The notes beneath the pieces are model-generated. The model was not told where the DNA came from. It saw nothing but the letters and a program-made list of their open reading frames with translations, and searched no databases. Shown piece by piece: positions 27,801 through 37,131 of a stretch of DNA of 62,377 nucleotides. The DNA comes from a virus (Duplodnaviria > Caudoviricetes). The stretch spans positions 1 to 62,377 of the IMG/VR virus record IMGVR_UViG_3300032288_001948. One strand, written 5' to 3'. The translations under genes were made by a program, and so were the position numbers. Position 1 is the first letter of the stretch; each line of letters starts with the position of its first letter.

Positions 27801-30800
27801 ATGGGCGAGGAGCCTATTAACGAGTCACCATTCTCTGTAAACGAGCAGCTCGGTAAGATCGCGACGACGCTCGGTAAAGTGGCCGATAAGTTCGATCGCA
27901 CTGCGTCGCTCGGCGTTGCCGCTCGTCAGACTATACTGGGGTGGAACTCTATCACTCACATGGCGACACGTTACGGTAAACTGTTCACCTCTGGCGGTAC
28001 GAACTGGATACAGAAATACGCGGACTATAATCAGGAGCGTGCGGCGGTCGCGGCGCGTATGTCTCAGCTGTTTAAGAATGTGTACGACGATTACAAAGCG
28101 CTCGAAAAAAAGAGCGCGGCGGTCGCCGAAACATTTCGCAAACTCATGGCGTTGACCGAGTTCAATATCGACTGGCGTAAGTCGTGGGATGCGCAAACGT
28201 GGCTGCACGATCAGCCTAACAGCAAAGATTTACAAAGGCTGCACGCCGATATGCGGCGTGAAGGCGGCCGGTTGGACGCCGATACGAAAGGGTTGTTCGA
28301 TCGGTTCGAGGCGGTAAACAACGTCACGCGATATGCGCAGATGTCGTTATCACTTTACAACATGATCGTGGCTGACCCGGCTATGGCGAAGAATATCGCC
28401 AACTCTGATGTCGACCCGATTGACGAGTTTTTGCAACAGTCGTCACTCCACGAGAATCCTGCCGAAGCTCAAACTTATTGGCGGAAGACGCTTGAGAAGC
28501 AGCTGGCTGCGGCCGACCCGTTCATTAAGGCCCAGAATCGGATCATGAGGAAGGGTGCAACTGCGGCTGAACGCTCGAAAGCGCGGCAGATTCTTCAGCC
28601 TCTGTCGCAATTGGTTGACTCGACCAAGCAGACGATGACGGTGATGAAACAGTCGCCAAACTTCCATCTCGGGCGGTTTGGCGATTACATGGTTACATTC
28701 CAGATTAAGAAAGACGAGGCGGGCATCGACGCTGACGCTCAACGCCGCGTGGCTGCCGCCATGGATGCCGCAGGTGTACAAGCTCAGCTTTCACCGGAGA
28801 ACAACAATCCGACCGTGTTTGTGCGTGTCGAGACGATTGAGCAGGCTAAGAAGCTACAGGAGCTTGCTCGCGACATGCAGAAGCGCGGATGGCTTAATCC
28901 GGATGTAGAGCCTAAAGCGGGACTGCGCACGGATTCAGAGTTCAGGGATATCGCCAACCCGCAATGGCTCCAGAAATATATCGAGGCGCTTCAGTCTGAG
29001 ACGTTTGAGGACGAGGGACTCACGGGCGAGGCGGCGGAGCAGGCGATTAAAAACCGCAAGCAGATGGTTCAGCAGGCCCGCGAGCTATATCTGAATATGT
29101 TGCCAGATAACGCGTTGGCGAAGGTGTTGACTGAGCGTAAAAGCATCGCCGGCTACTCACCGGACATGATGCGCAGTTTCGCATTCCGTCATCAGATCGG
29201 CATGAACACGATCGCGAATCTAGCCACGATGCACAATATCGCAGGCTCGCTGACCGAGATGCGCCGCATCATCAACGCTGCCAAGACGGGCGACGTGCAG
29301 GATACGGTGAAGCTCCAGAATATCTTCAATGAGATTTCGCAGCGTGAAACCGGTCGATCGATGCAACCTCAGAATAGCTTCTGGGACAGCGTTCGCGCGT
29401 TCAATCACGCGTACTTCTTAGGCGCATCACCGTCGTACGTACTGGTCAATATGACCCAGCCCGGCGTCTTGTTGTGGCCCGAATTATCTAAGCAGCATGG
29501 CTATGTAAACTCGGGTAAGGCGATTGCCTCGGTTACGCCGACCGCGTTTAAGGTCATGGCGGCGGTCATGAAGGTTAGCAAGTCGGCCGACGCGATCATT
29601 ACTGAAAAATCGTTGAAGGCATCCGGCGTGGACGAGGCGACCGCTGATTTTATCATGCGCGTGGCAAACACCGGTAATCTTGATCTTGGCAGTACATCAC
29701 GTGAGTTAGGGCGCGTTGTCGATAAAGAGATGGATTCGCGCACCGATCAGCTCCTGCGTTGGGCGGCGGCGGCTGGGTATTATTCTGAGACGTTTACTCG
29801 TCTGTCGGCGGCGCTTGCCGCGCGAGAATTGTATCAAAACAAGTCCGACACCGAAGGCATGATGACTTATGTGAATAAGACCATCAACGAGTCCATGCTG
29901 AACTATTCGTCATGGAATACGGCCCGTCAGATGGGCAAGATGGGTGTGGCGGGCGAGTACACCCCGGTCATGTTCAGCTTCATGACGTATCAGGCGCAGG
30001 TGCTTGAGAAAATGTATCGTGAGCTGCGGGATGCGTTTGGTGGTTCGCCAGAGGCGCGGAGATTCTTGCTTTCGCACGCCGCTGCACTGACGGTCCTGTC
30101 GGGATCGCTCGGGCTGCCATTCGCTTCGGTCGCGGCGCGAGTATTCGATGGGCTCAAGGATGCATTCGGGGACGACGATGAGCCGTCAGATGTCAAATCG
30201 GCATGGCGGAATTTTCTCGCGGATATGTTTGGCAAAGAGGTCGGAGAAGTTCTGGCGCGCGGTGTACCGCGGGCGCTCGGGTTTGACGTCTCAAGCCGTG
30301 TGGGTGAAGCCGATCTGGCGCCGTTTAGCCGCTTCCTGACCGATCGCCGGGAATGGCGGGATGCCGCTCAAGACATGGCGCTCCGGACACTCGGGTCACC
30401 GGTGAGCATGGCGCTCAATATTCTTGAGGGAGGCACGCAGTTTGCGCGCGGGGATGCGATTGAAGGGCTCCAGAAGATGGTGCCAAACAGTCTCAAGGGA
30501 CCGATCGCCGCGTATCGCATGGCCGAGGATGGCCGGTATGTCGACAGTAAAGGTCGCGAGTTGCCGATGGAGCCGGGCGCACAAGATGTCTTGATCCAAG
30601 CGCTCGGATTTACACCACAGGCGAAAGCCGAGTACCAAGAAGCCAGCATGGCGCAGACAGTCCGCAAAGGGCTTCTGACGCGCGAAGGTGCGACGCTTCG
30701 CGATCAGTTGGTGGACGCCATCATGGATAATTCGGCCGACCGCGATCGACTTACACAGAAGGCGGTGGCTTATGATCAGGCCCATCCGGACCGCCCAATC

Positions 30801-30941
30801 CTGAAGTCGGTTGCGTCTACGATTAAACGACGGCGAGAAGGTCTGGCGTTATCGCGCGCGACTGGGGCGCCGCTTGGAGTCAAACCGCAAGATGTCGGCG
30901 CGCGTGGACTGACAACATATATGAATGTCGACATGCAGTGA
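24807..30941 (+). CDS. Giant internal virion / polyvalent protein (2044 aa) with zincin HEXXH and PLxRFG-like motif
   Basis: TLHEGIHAAT..EFISEAFSNPDF (MPTase-like); NFHLGRFGDY; C-terminal GSLGLPF. Confidence 0.8.
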   Translation: MPFVDENPYFAGAAPQQDATPSREIDFSQYPRFAEQFAAKEAPARGVFGPGLRAGFNELQAMGGAAASALGGAVGYQPLQEWGADVSRANQAEAAKYGRPDLETAPWREGGAGWLPWLGYQAAKQIPLAGATMLGTALFPEAAVPAALSRAGAAVPELLGGGGLRAGMSAAETAAAETAGKQYAKSFLGGSAVNLPVAAGSMYQEAMDRPGGPTQEDAIKALAMAPAYAATEGLGGALGRGIISEAATKGITATVGRAALRSAVEEGPTEAAQTAMELSFRPDMSPAQKASQIVDAALTGAAVGGVFGAAGGGVNAAMNPMRATKDVAPNQLTNDDILNSVDQTLGPLPNAPAQQADTEQVTAPATPSEPAPPPMMAQITEAEAPEAVAKEESAAAAERVEKLQTSVADAMDGGAIAQNVKVVQRVLGDAQSLPDAISKFLDIQDQADQKKGAAAGRLTAAQKKIGSALGITDSDGRPLDIDAEISTLTQQLTAAQTPQARQQITNQIDRLDLIRPVIEEVRASRAAPVESVAPAPEEMLTPPPREAAPATEEAPGARAPAAAPAVTLTAEAEDLLAKGGIPFKVTQNLAKIAKENGIEVKGASGAEAQRIVAELQAIKDSQTAAPATEIPSAIQEQGPTGVYVQPAPETGGAVGEGNAQGGEAPGEGIGAASETQPEVPTTPPSEVAPPAAPAPSPAAQTFMQQQGIKQLSPEERVAARERQKVEEAAFLQKRQAQIRAANAKNAQRGGVTAAPVAPKGMTPEEFLARRNRERPSMGALGEESELDRDISSLVENNASGKQVLDYLGQHGKTEFDRLLAQHLSRLGVSPSMQFEDVNNPDLQLDREQAAGREILGSYNVEQDRINLYSRAGSAQVTLHEGIHAATDRAIRTSSPAAQKLKDVYSEFMARPEQYDRSTPAYDNEAEFISEAFSNPDFREFLKTLQVGPKNLWEKFKDAVFKLLRMPQRARTVFDQVMEVGEPLFQENQQTTMEDVYRAMGEEPINESPFSVNEQLGKIATTLGKVADKFDRTASLGVAARQTILGWNSITHMATRYGKLFTSGGTNWIQKYADYNQERAAVAARMSQLFKNVYDDYKALEKKSAAVAETFRKLMALTEFNIDWRKSWDAQTWLHDQPNSKDLQRLHADMRREGGRLDADTKGLFDRFEAVNNVTRYAQMSLSLYNMIVADPAMAKNIANSDVDPIDEFLQQSSLHENPAEAQTYWRKTLEKQLAAADPFIKAQNRIMRKGATAAERSKARQILQPLSQLVDSTKQTMTVMKQSPNFHLGRFGDYMVTFQIKKDEAGIDADAQRRVAAAMDAAGVQAQLSPENNNPTVFVRVETIEQAKKLQELARDMQKRGWLNPDVEPKAGLRTDSEFRDIANPQWLQKYIEALQSETFEDEGLTGEAAEQAIKNRKQMVQQARELYLNMLPDNALAKVLTERKSIAGYSPDMMRSFAFRHQIGMNTIANLATMHNIAGSLTEMRRIINAAKTGDVQDTVKLQNIFNEISQRETGRSMQPQNSFWDSVRAFNHAYFLGASPSYVLVNMTQPGVLLWPELSKQHGYVNSGKAIASVTPTAFKVMAAVMKVSKSADAIITEKSLKASGVDEATADFIMRVANTGNLDLGSTSRELGRVVDKEMDSRTDQLLRWAAAAGYYSETFTRLSAALAARELYQNKSDTEGMMTYVNKTINESMLNYSSWNTARQMGKMGVAGEYTPVMFSFMTYQAQVLEKMYRELRDAFGGSPEARRFLLSHAAALTVLSGSLGLPFASVAARVFDGLKDAFGDDDEPSDVKSAWRNFLADMFGKEVGEVLARGVPRALGFDVSSRVGEADLAPFSRFLTDRREWRDAAQDMALRTLGSPVSMALNILEGGTQFARGDAIEGLQKMVPNSLKGPIAAYRMAEDGRYVDSKGRELPMEPGAQDVLIQALGFTPQAKAEYQEASMAQTVRKGLLTREGATLRDQLVDAIMDNSADRDRLTQKAVAYDQAHPDRPILKSVASTIKRRREGLALSRATGAPLGVKPQDVGARGLTTYMNVDMQ
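26701..26868 (+). CDS. Nested out-of-frame small gene (MPFKSKAQ type), 55 aa
   Basis: GGAG at 26690 then GTG at 26701; product MPFKSKAQRAYMFSQLPKLAEQWAKETPKGAKLPEKV resembles a small phage protein family I recall. Confidence 0.6.
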   Translation: MPFKSKAQRAYMFSQLPKLAEQWAKETPKGAKLPEKVSGRPQKPNQKSPPPPRQK

Positions 30942-31004
30942 TCGTTTTGAGTTTACAGTTGATTCATGTAGAATCGTCGCGCTATAGCAATAGGAGACGC
31001 CATC

Positions 31005-31427
31005 ATGGCATCGTTTAACAAATTCTACCCGTTCGTTGAGGCGTTGGCTGAGAAAGTCCATGATCTCGGCGCCGACACTCTCAAGATCATGCTGACCAAC
31101 ACGGCGCCGTCTTCGGCGAACGCGGTCAAGACAGACATCACGGAAATCAGCGCTGGTAATGGCTATACGGCGGGCGGCAATACGGCGGCTGTCAGCTCCA
31201 GCTCGCAGACGTCTGGCACCTACAAGCTGGTTTTGTCGGACCCGTCGACGTGGACGGCCTCGGGCGGCTCGATTGGCCCCTTCCGTTACGCGGTGCTCTA
31301 CAATTCGACGGCCGCTTCCGGCAACCTGATCGGCTGGTGGGATTACGGCTCCTCGGTCACGCTGGCGGATGGCGAACAGTTTACGGTCGATCTTGATCAG
31401 TCGAATGGCGTCCTGACGCTGGCGTAA
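31005..31427 (+). CDS. Virion structural protein (tail-associated)
   Basis: FNKF..F.E.LAEKVHDLG.DTLK, GNGYTAGG, GSIGPFRYAVLYN, LIGWWDYG. Confidence 0.75.
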   Translation: MASFNKFYPFVEALAEKVHDLGADTLKIMLTNTAPSSANAVKTDITEISAGNGYTAGGNTAAVSSSSQTSGTYKLVLSDPSTWTASGGSIGPFRYAVLYNSTAASGNLIGWWDYGSSVTLADGEQFTVDLDQSNGVLTLA

Positions 31428-31627
31428 TGCCGACTCCCGCGACTTATACCCTCTCGGCGCTGCCGGGGGGGTTTGCCTTATCCGGCGCCGCTGCATCGCT
31501 TGAGAATGGCTGGGGTGGCGACGGAGTTTTTGTATGGGTGACGCCCGAGATCGAGGCGAACGTGTTTCCAGTTGCGGCGACAGATGCTAATGTATCTGCA
31601 CCGAATTCGATCTTCCGCTGGGAGTGA
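31427..31627 (+). CDS. Small protein with one FxLxG repeat unit
   Basis: TAATG coupling; YTLSALPGGFALSG. Confidence 0.5.
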   Translation: MPTPATYTLSALPGGFALSGAAASLENGWGGDGVFVWVTPEIEANVFPVAATDANVSAPNSIFRWE

Positions 31628-31635
31628 TCACCGAC

Positions 31636-34029
31636 ATGGCTTTCAAAATCCTCAATCGCGTCAAGATGACGGTCGCCAGTGCTCCCGGCACCGGCTCGAT
31701 CACTCTTGGTTCTGCGCTCCAGCAATACCAATCCATGTCGGATGCCGGCGTCTCAGACGGCGATACGGTACCCTACGTCATCGAGGATTTGTCCCTCCCC
31801 GGCTGGGAAATCGGCACCGGCACATACACGGCATCCGGCACAATCCTCGCACGCACGACCGTCCTGATGTCGAGCGCCGGCGGCACGATTAAGATTTCCG
31901 CGACTGCTAATGCGATCGTGATGGTTTCGCCTTCGCAGGCCAATTTGCAATCGACTGACACGCTGACGAGCGGCACGCTACCCGTGGGTCGTGGCGGCAC
32001 CGGCCTCACCTCGCTTACCGCTGGCTACATTCCGTTTGGCGGATCGTCAACGTATAGCTCAGACAGCAGCTTGTTCTGGGACAATACGAATAAGCGGCTT
32101 GGCGTCGGCACTGCGTCACCAATCTCTAAGTTTACCGTTATTTCAGGTAGCGGCTCTACGCTCGCGCAGTTGAACATTGGTTACAATGGTTCTAGCAACT
32201 ACTATGATGCAGACAACCATTTCTTTAGAAACGCTGCACAAACAGGACAGGTTACTATTGACAGCGCTCAACGTATCACAGCCGGTGCGTTAAGTGTATC
32301 TACAGGTTCGTCACCAAACATAGCTGCCTTATACACAGGTTATGGTGGCTCAACTAACTACTACGACGCCAATACGCACATTTGGCGCAATGGTTCATCA
32401 AGTGAAACCATGCGTATCTCAGGTAGCTCTGTGTTCATCGGTGGCACAACTGCGCCTGTTCTTGGAACGGAAGCCCTTGGTGTCTATGGACCGCTTGGCA
32501 TCAAAGCCGCATCACTGACAGCATCTTCGATATATGCAAATATTGCAGGCGCTCCAAACTTTCAAACGTATTACGCAGGAACCAGTGCCACATACATTGG
32601 CTCTATTGGCACTGATGGCACCAATCTAAACATTTCTGGCAATGCCGGTCTAAACTTGCAGGTTGCCACCAATACCAAGATGACTATCACCTCCGGCGGG
32701 CTGGTGGGCATTGGCACTTCGTCGCCATCATCGGGCACAAAGTTAGAGGTTTACGGGAACAGCGCAGGCATCGCACAGATTGCATCTACCACTGCGGGTG
32801 TTTCTCAACTATGGGCGCTATCAAGTGATTGGTCGTCTGGGCCATCCTATATGGGATCAGGCTTATGGCAATATGGATCAACCGCTACGGGGACTAACTC
32901 TGGCCTATCAAACGCAAGTTTAGGCTTATTAGCATTTCAAAATTGTTCTGCTGGCTTAATTCAGACAAACGGCGCTTCGCCTATTGTGTTTGGGACAATA
33001 GGCGCAGAGCGTATGCGTATCACCTCCGCAGGTGCGGTAGGTATTGGCACTTCGTCGCCATCCACTACGCTTACTGTAGCTGGCGCAACGACTATCACAT
33101 CTGGTGGACTGTCGGTTGCTGGTTCAGCATCGGGTTACTCTGATGAGTTGCGCTTTACATCAACAACATCCGGCGTAGAGGTTGCAATATCGTCGCTTGC
33201 AGCAGGCGCTGCTTCGATGAACTTCGATCATCGCGCCACAAGCAATACTGCTGGGTTTAAGTGGCGTAACGGCACGGGCTCTGCTGTTCAGCTTATGCAG
33301 CTTGATGGTTCCGGCAACCTCGGACTGGGTGTCACGCCGAGTGCTTGGGGTGCCGGTTGGCGCGCTTTTGAATTTGGTGGAGCAGGCGGGAACGCCTTGA
33401 TGTCTGGTGGTTCCGCTTCGTGGCTAACGTCTAACTGTTACTACAACGGAACAAACTGGATATATAAAGCCAGCTACAATGCTAGCTACTATTTGCAAAA
33501 CGGCGGCGTTCACTCTTGGCTAACATCCGCCTCCGGCACCGCAGGCAATGCCATCAGCTTCACGCAGGCGATGACGCTGACTGCAGCGGGCTATCTTGGG
33601 ATAGGCCTTACAAATCCCGGCGCAGATATTCATCTTTATAGATCAGGCGCAAATCCTGTTCTAAGAATTGAGCGCGCATCTGGTGCGTATTTTGACATAT
33701 TTGCAACTGCATCAGCCGGCTTCCTGTCTGTTGTAACAAACAGTGATTTAGTATTTAGAACAAATAACACAGACGCGCTCCTTATCAGCGCTGCTGGATG
33801 GGCAAATGTATGCGCTGCAACTGCCACTCCTGCTGGAGGTTCGACAACCGCCAAACTTATATTTGGAACGACAGCAGGCTTTGGTATCTACTACGGTTCA
33901 GGTGCGCCGACAGTGTCTGCTGCTCAAGGCTCCATCTATCTCCGCAGTGATGGCTCGTCAACATCAACGCGCTTGTATGTGAATACAAACGGCAGCACGA
34001 CATGGACTAACGTAACGACTGCGGCATAA
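31636..34029 (+). CDS. Tail fibre protein
   Basis: NRVK..GTGSITLG..WEIGTGTY anchor; LPVGRGGTG; repeated GxVGIGTxSP units. Confidence 0.85.
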   Translation: MAFKILNRVKMTVASAPGTGSITLGSALQQYQSMSDAGVSDGDTVPYVIEDLSLPGWEIGTGTYTASGTILARTTVLMSSAGGTIKISATANAIVMVSPSQANLQSTDTLTSGTLPVGRGGTGLTSLTAGYIPFGGSSTYSSDSSLFWDNTNKRLGVGTASPISKFTVISGSGSTLAQLNIGYNGSSNYYDADNHFFRNAAQTGQVTIDSAQRITAGALSVSTGSSPNIAALYTGYGGSTNYYDANTHIWRNGSSSETMRISGSSVFIGGTTAPVLGTEALGVYGPLGIKAASLTASSIYANIAGAPNFQTYYAGTSATYIGSIGTDGTNLNISGNAGLNLQVATNTKMTITSGGLVGIGTSSPSSGTKLEVYGNSAGIAQIASTTAGVSQLWALSSDWSSGPSYMGSGLWQYGSTATGTNSGLSNASLGLLAFQNCSAGLIQTNGASPIVFGTIGAERMRITSAGAVGIGTSSPSTTLTVAGATTITSGGLSVAGSASGYSDELRFTSTTSGVEVAISSLAAGAASMNFDHRATSNTAGFKWRNGTGSAVQLMQLDGSGNLGLGVTPSAWGAGWRAFEFGGAGGNALMSGGSASWLTSNCYYNGTNWIYKASYNASYYLQNGGVHSWLTSASGTAGNAISFTQAMTLTAAGYLGIGLTNPGADIHLYRSGANPVLRIERASGAYFDIFATASAGFLSVVTNSDLVFRTNNTDALLISAAGWANVCAATATPAGGSTTAKLIFGTTAGFGIYYGSGAPTVSAAQGSIYLRSDGSSTSTRLYVNTNGSTTWTNVTTAA

Positions 34030-34038
34030 GGAACTACC

Positions 34039-34368
34039 ATGGCTAACACATACACTTGGGTAATCTCCCAACTCGACTGCTACCCTACGCAAGACAACAA
34101 GACTGACGTTGTGTTCACCATCCACTGGCGGCGTCAGGCGACTGACGGCACGCACACGGCTGACATCTACGGTTCGCAGGCGGTGACGCTTGATCCGTCT
34201 GCAACCTACATTCCCTACGCGGAACTAACGGAAGCTATCGTCATTGGGTGGCTTGAGGACGCTATGGGCGCTGAGACGCTCGAAGCGCAGAAGGCTGCCC
34301 TCGACAAACAGATTTCCGATCAGGTTAATCCGCCGACGATTTCGCCGCCTCTCCCGTGGCAGTCGTGA
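34039..34368 (+). CDS. Tail-fibre-associated small protein
   Basis: TYTWVISQLDCYP..DVVFTIHWR..FIPY-like..LTE..VIGW..LPW, typical downstream of such fibres. Confidence 0.75.
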   Translation: MANTYTWVISQLDCYPTQDNKTDVVFTIHWRRQATDGTHTADIYGSQAVTLDPSATYIPYAELTEAIVIGWLEDAMGAETLEAQKAALDKQISDQVNPPTISPPLPWQS

Positions 34369-35128
34369 CATACCGCCAAGTGTAGCCGTATGCTTGTGGT
34401 TTAACACCACGGCATACTTTGGCGATACTTGAATGATCTCCTTTATACTTTCCTTGGCTGCATATCCACTCTGCGGCCAAGGTTCCTGTGCCAAAAATAA
34501 CACCAGTTTCAACGCACAAAATCGGCTTTGCTTGCGCGTGCGCGGCTCGCTTTTCTGGGGTATCAAACCGCTCAAGCGCTTTGCGACGGGCATGCGCGCG
34601 ATTTTTTGAGTTTGCAAAGTATTTGCGGGTGTTTTGGCTGAGTTTTTGCCGTGTACTCGGCTCTGAAAAATACTTTCGTAATGACTGACTTATTTTGGTG
34701 CGAGTTATAGTATTAGCCATCTGAGATTTCACACGCAAAATGTGCGCTGCCTTAAATTCAGCATCCAGATACCGTTGTTTTGCTTTCCGACTAATATTTT
34801 TACGGTACTGCGGATTGGCGCGATGTTGTTTAAGTTTACGTCGCGTAGCATCGGAGATATTTACTCCGGCCGCGCCTTCTCCTCCGGTCGTTAAATTGCA
34901 CAACCCGTGCTTTGCGTACCGTTTAATCAATTTCTTTTCGAGCGCGAACGCCTCATCTTCTGAGAGTGCTTTTTTGATGATCTCGATAGTGTAGCCATAA
35001 CACCGGACTGTATTCCACCAATAATTTGATCGCCCCCATGTAGATTTGTGCCGATATCGGCAGCCTTTGCCGACATAGAAGATTTTGCCGTCTGTCGCGC
35101 GTTTGTGTACATACACGAAAAACAGCAT
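34325..35128 (-). CDS. GIY-YIG homing endonuclease with NUMOD-like repeats
   Basis: FVYVH..FYVGKG..R..E..E..CNLTTGGEG; C-terminal KPILCVETG..AYGYTWRY; antisense, low GC. Confidence 0.88.
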   Translation of the reverse strand: MLFFVYVHKRATDGKIFYVGKGCRYRHKSTWGRSNYWWNTVRCYGYTIEIIKKALSEDEAFALEKKLIKRYAKHGLCNLTTGGEGAAGVNISDATRRKLKQHRANPQYRKNISRKAKQRYLDAEFKAAHILRVKSQMANTITRTKISQSLRKYFSEPSTRQKLSQNTRKYFANSKNRAHARRKALERFDTPEKRAAHAQAKPILCVETGVIFGTGTLAAEWICSQGKYKGDHSSIAKVCRGVKPQAYGYTWRYVTTATGEAAKSSAD

Positions 35129-35217
35129 ATTAGGTTCTCTCCAGTTTTGCGGTGATCGCGGAGATGATGTAGTATCGTGATGGTAGACTATCAACCGCCT
35201 TTACCGTGGAGTGTCTA

Positions 35218-35391
35218 ATGGAAGAAAAAATCGTTACAATCAGCATGAAGCTGGTAAACTGGAATCTCGTCATGCACGCGCTGGCCCAGCGCCCGTACGG
35301 CGAGGTTGCCGCGGTGATAGCTGAACTGCAACAGCAGGCGGCCCCGCAGGTCGGTGACGCCGCGCCTCCGGCGCCGGAAACTGCGCAGTAA
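35218..35391 (+). CDS. Small fibre-associated protein
   Basis: ALAQRPYGEVAAVIAEL..QA.PQ motif. Confidence 0.7.
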   Translation: MEEKIVTISMKLVNWNLVMHALAQRPYGEVAAVIAELQQQAAPQVGDAAPPAPETAQ

Positions 35392-35400
35392 GGCGATGAG

Positions 35401-37131
35401 ATGGTCGATGCTGTCGGAGGTGCGGTAGCTTCGGCTCCAGTCGCGTGGCAATCTGTCGCAGCGACAAAGGGCGGCTATACTCTTTCGGCGTCGACCGGCT
35501 CATTCAGCCTCACAGGGCAGTCTGCCCTCTTTAAGATAAACCATCGGCTGATTGGCGTCGCCGGGGCATTTACACTCACCGGTAATCCGGCGGCGGTCGT
35601 CGAGTACCATAAGCTGCACGCCTTCTACGGCGGCTTTGCGCTCACGGGACAGGCGTCCCGGCTTCTCTATAACCACCGCCTTGCGGCCGGTACCGGCTCG
35701 TTCACGCTTACTGGTCAGACGTCTCGGCTTCTCTATGGCCACCGGCTGGCGGCCGAGCCGGGCGCATTTACGCTCACCGGCGGCGGCGCATTTCTCAAGG
35801 AAGGTCATCGCCTCGCGGCCGAACCGGGGGCATTCACGCTCACCGGCGGCGGGGCATTTCTTCAGGAGGGTCACCGCCTCGTCGCTGACGTTGGTCGGTT
35901 CTTTTGGAATTTGCCGGTCTATGGTCCGGTCGCCTCGGAAGCCGTTGGCGCGTCGCCAGTCGCCGCCACGGTCAATTATGGTGAGGTTGCGTTTGAATAT
36001 TCGCGCCGGCTGACCGCCTATACGGGCGCCTTCACCCTTACCGGTAATCCGGCGGCGGTTGTTGAGTACCACAAACTCAATGCCTTTTATGGCGGATTCA
36101 CACTTACCGGGCAGGCGGCGCGCCTTTCTTACGGCTACCGTTTACCGGTAGACGCCGGCGCGTTCACACTTACCGGGCAGAACGCAGAGCTTGATCGATC
36201 GCAACGGCTCTATGCGGGTACCGGTGCTTTTACGCTCACCGGGGTCGCTGCCAGTCGGTCGTGGACAATCTGGACTCAAACCGGGGCATTTACCCTCACG
36301 GGATATCCGGCGTTCACGCGTCAGAATCATCGGCTCGCGGCCGGCGCCGGCGCCTTCACGTTCACGGGCAACACCGCGTTCTTGCTGCGCAAGCCGGCGC
36401 TCGGCGCTTTTGGCGGCAACTTCACGCTTACCGGATACCCAGCAGTATTGCTGGGGGATTATTATCTGCGCGCCGCGACCGGCGCATTTACGCTTACTGG
36501 GCAGGTTGCCGCTCTCCGGCGCGGTTATCGAGTCACGGCGACCGCGGGGTCGTTTACGCTTACGGGCAAGGCGATCCGGCCACTCGTCTACCACCGTTTG
36601 GTGGCGGGTGCAGGCGCATTTACGCTCACGGGCGGCGGTGCGTTCCTCAAAGAAGGGCACCGACTGGCTGCCGGCGCCGGCACGTTCACATTCACCGGCT
36701 ACGATGCTGAGCTGGTTTACGGCTCCAAGTTTGTCGTGGAGCCCGGCGCTTTCACGCTTACAGGATACCCGTCTACCGGCATCTATGTCCCGGTACTTCT
36801 GGCGCGGACGGGCACGTTCACACTCACAGGGTACCCAGCATATCGGCAGGCCAAGTTTATTCTTCGCGCCGGCGTCGGCGCCTTCACGCTTACTGGTTAT
36901 CCGACGATCGAGGGTCGGCGCCTGTTTGCTGCGCCCGGTCAGTTTGTTCTTACTGGATTTCCTGCTAGAATCCGTGACAGCGCCAAGGGCATCGCGCGGT
37001 TCCGGTGGTACAATAGCGCCGCGACCGTCATGGATTTCGAGACGCCACCGATCAGCGCCGTTATCGCCGCCTCAGTGGTCGTCAAGACCGGGATCAGTTC
37101 TGGCAAGAAACGGTTCAAACAGGTGAGATGA
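35401..37131 (+). CDS. Tandem-repeat structural protein (~21 x ~23-aa GxFTLTG units)
   Basis: Repeats visible at both protein and DNA level. Confidence 0.8.
   Translation: MVDAVGGAVASAPVAWQSVAATKGGYTLSASTGSFSLTGQSALFKINHRLIGVAGAFTLTGNPAAVVEYHKLHAFYGGFALTGQASRLLYNHRLAAGTGSFTLTGQTSRLLYGHRLAAEPGAFTLTGGGAFLKEGHRLAAEPGAFTLTGGGAFLQEGHRLVADVGRFFWNLPVYGPVASEAVGASPVAATVNYGEVAFEYSRRLTAYTGAFTLTGNPAAVVEYHKLNAFYGGFTLTGQAARLSYGYRLPVDAGAFTLTGQNAELDRSQRLYAGTGAFTLTGVAASRSWTIWTQTGAFTLTGYPAFTRQNHRLAAGAGAFTFTGNTAFLLRKPALGAFGGNFTLTGYPAVLLGDYYLRAATGAFTLTGQVAALRRGYRVTATAGSFTLTGKAIRPLVYHRLVAGAGAFTLTGGGAFLKEGHRLAAGAGTFTFTGYDAELVYGSKFVVEPGAFTLTGYPSTGIYVPVLLARTGTFTLTGYPAYRQAKFILRAGVGAFTLTGYPTIEGRRLFAAPGQFVLTGFPARIRDSAKGIARFRWYNSAATVMDFETPPISAVIAASVVVKTGISSGKKRFKQVR

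Noticed and set aside
36191-37126. 311-aa alternative-frame ORF in the repeat gene
   Set aside because: Arg/Ser/Pro-rich translation of repetitive GC-rich DNA; no RBS or family resemblance, unlike the 26701 nested ORF
31636-37131. Diversity-generating retroelement acting on fibre genes
   Set aside because: No reverse transcriptase and no repeat pair differing only at adenines was seen
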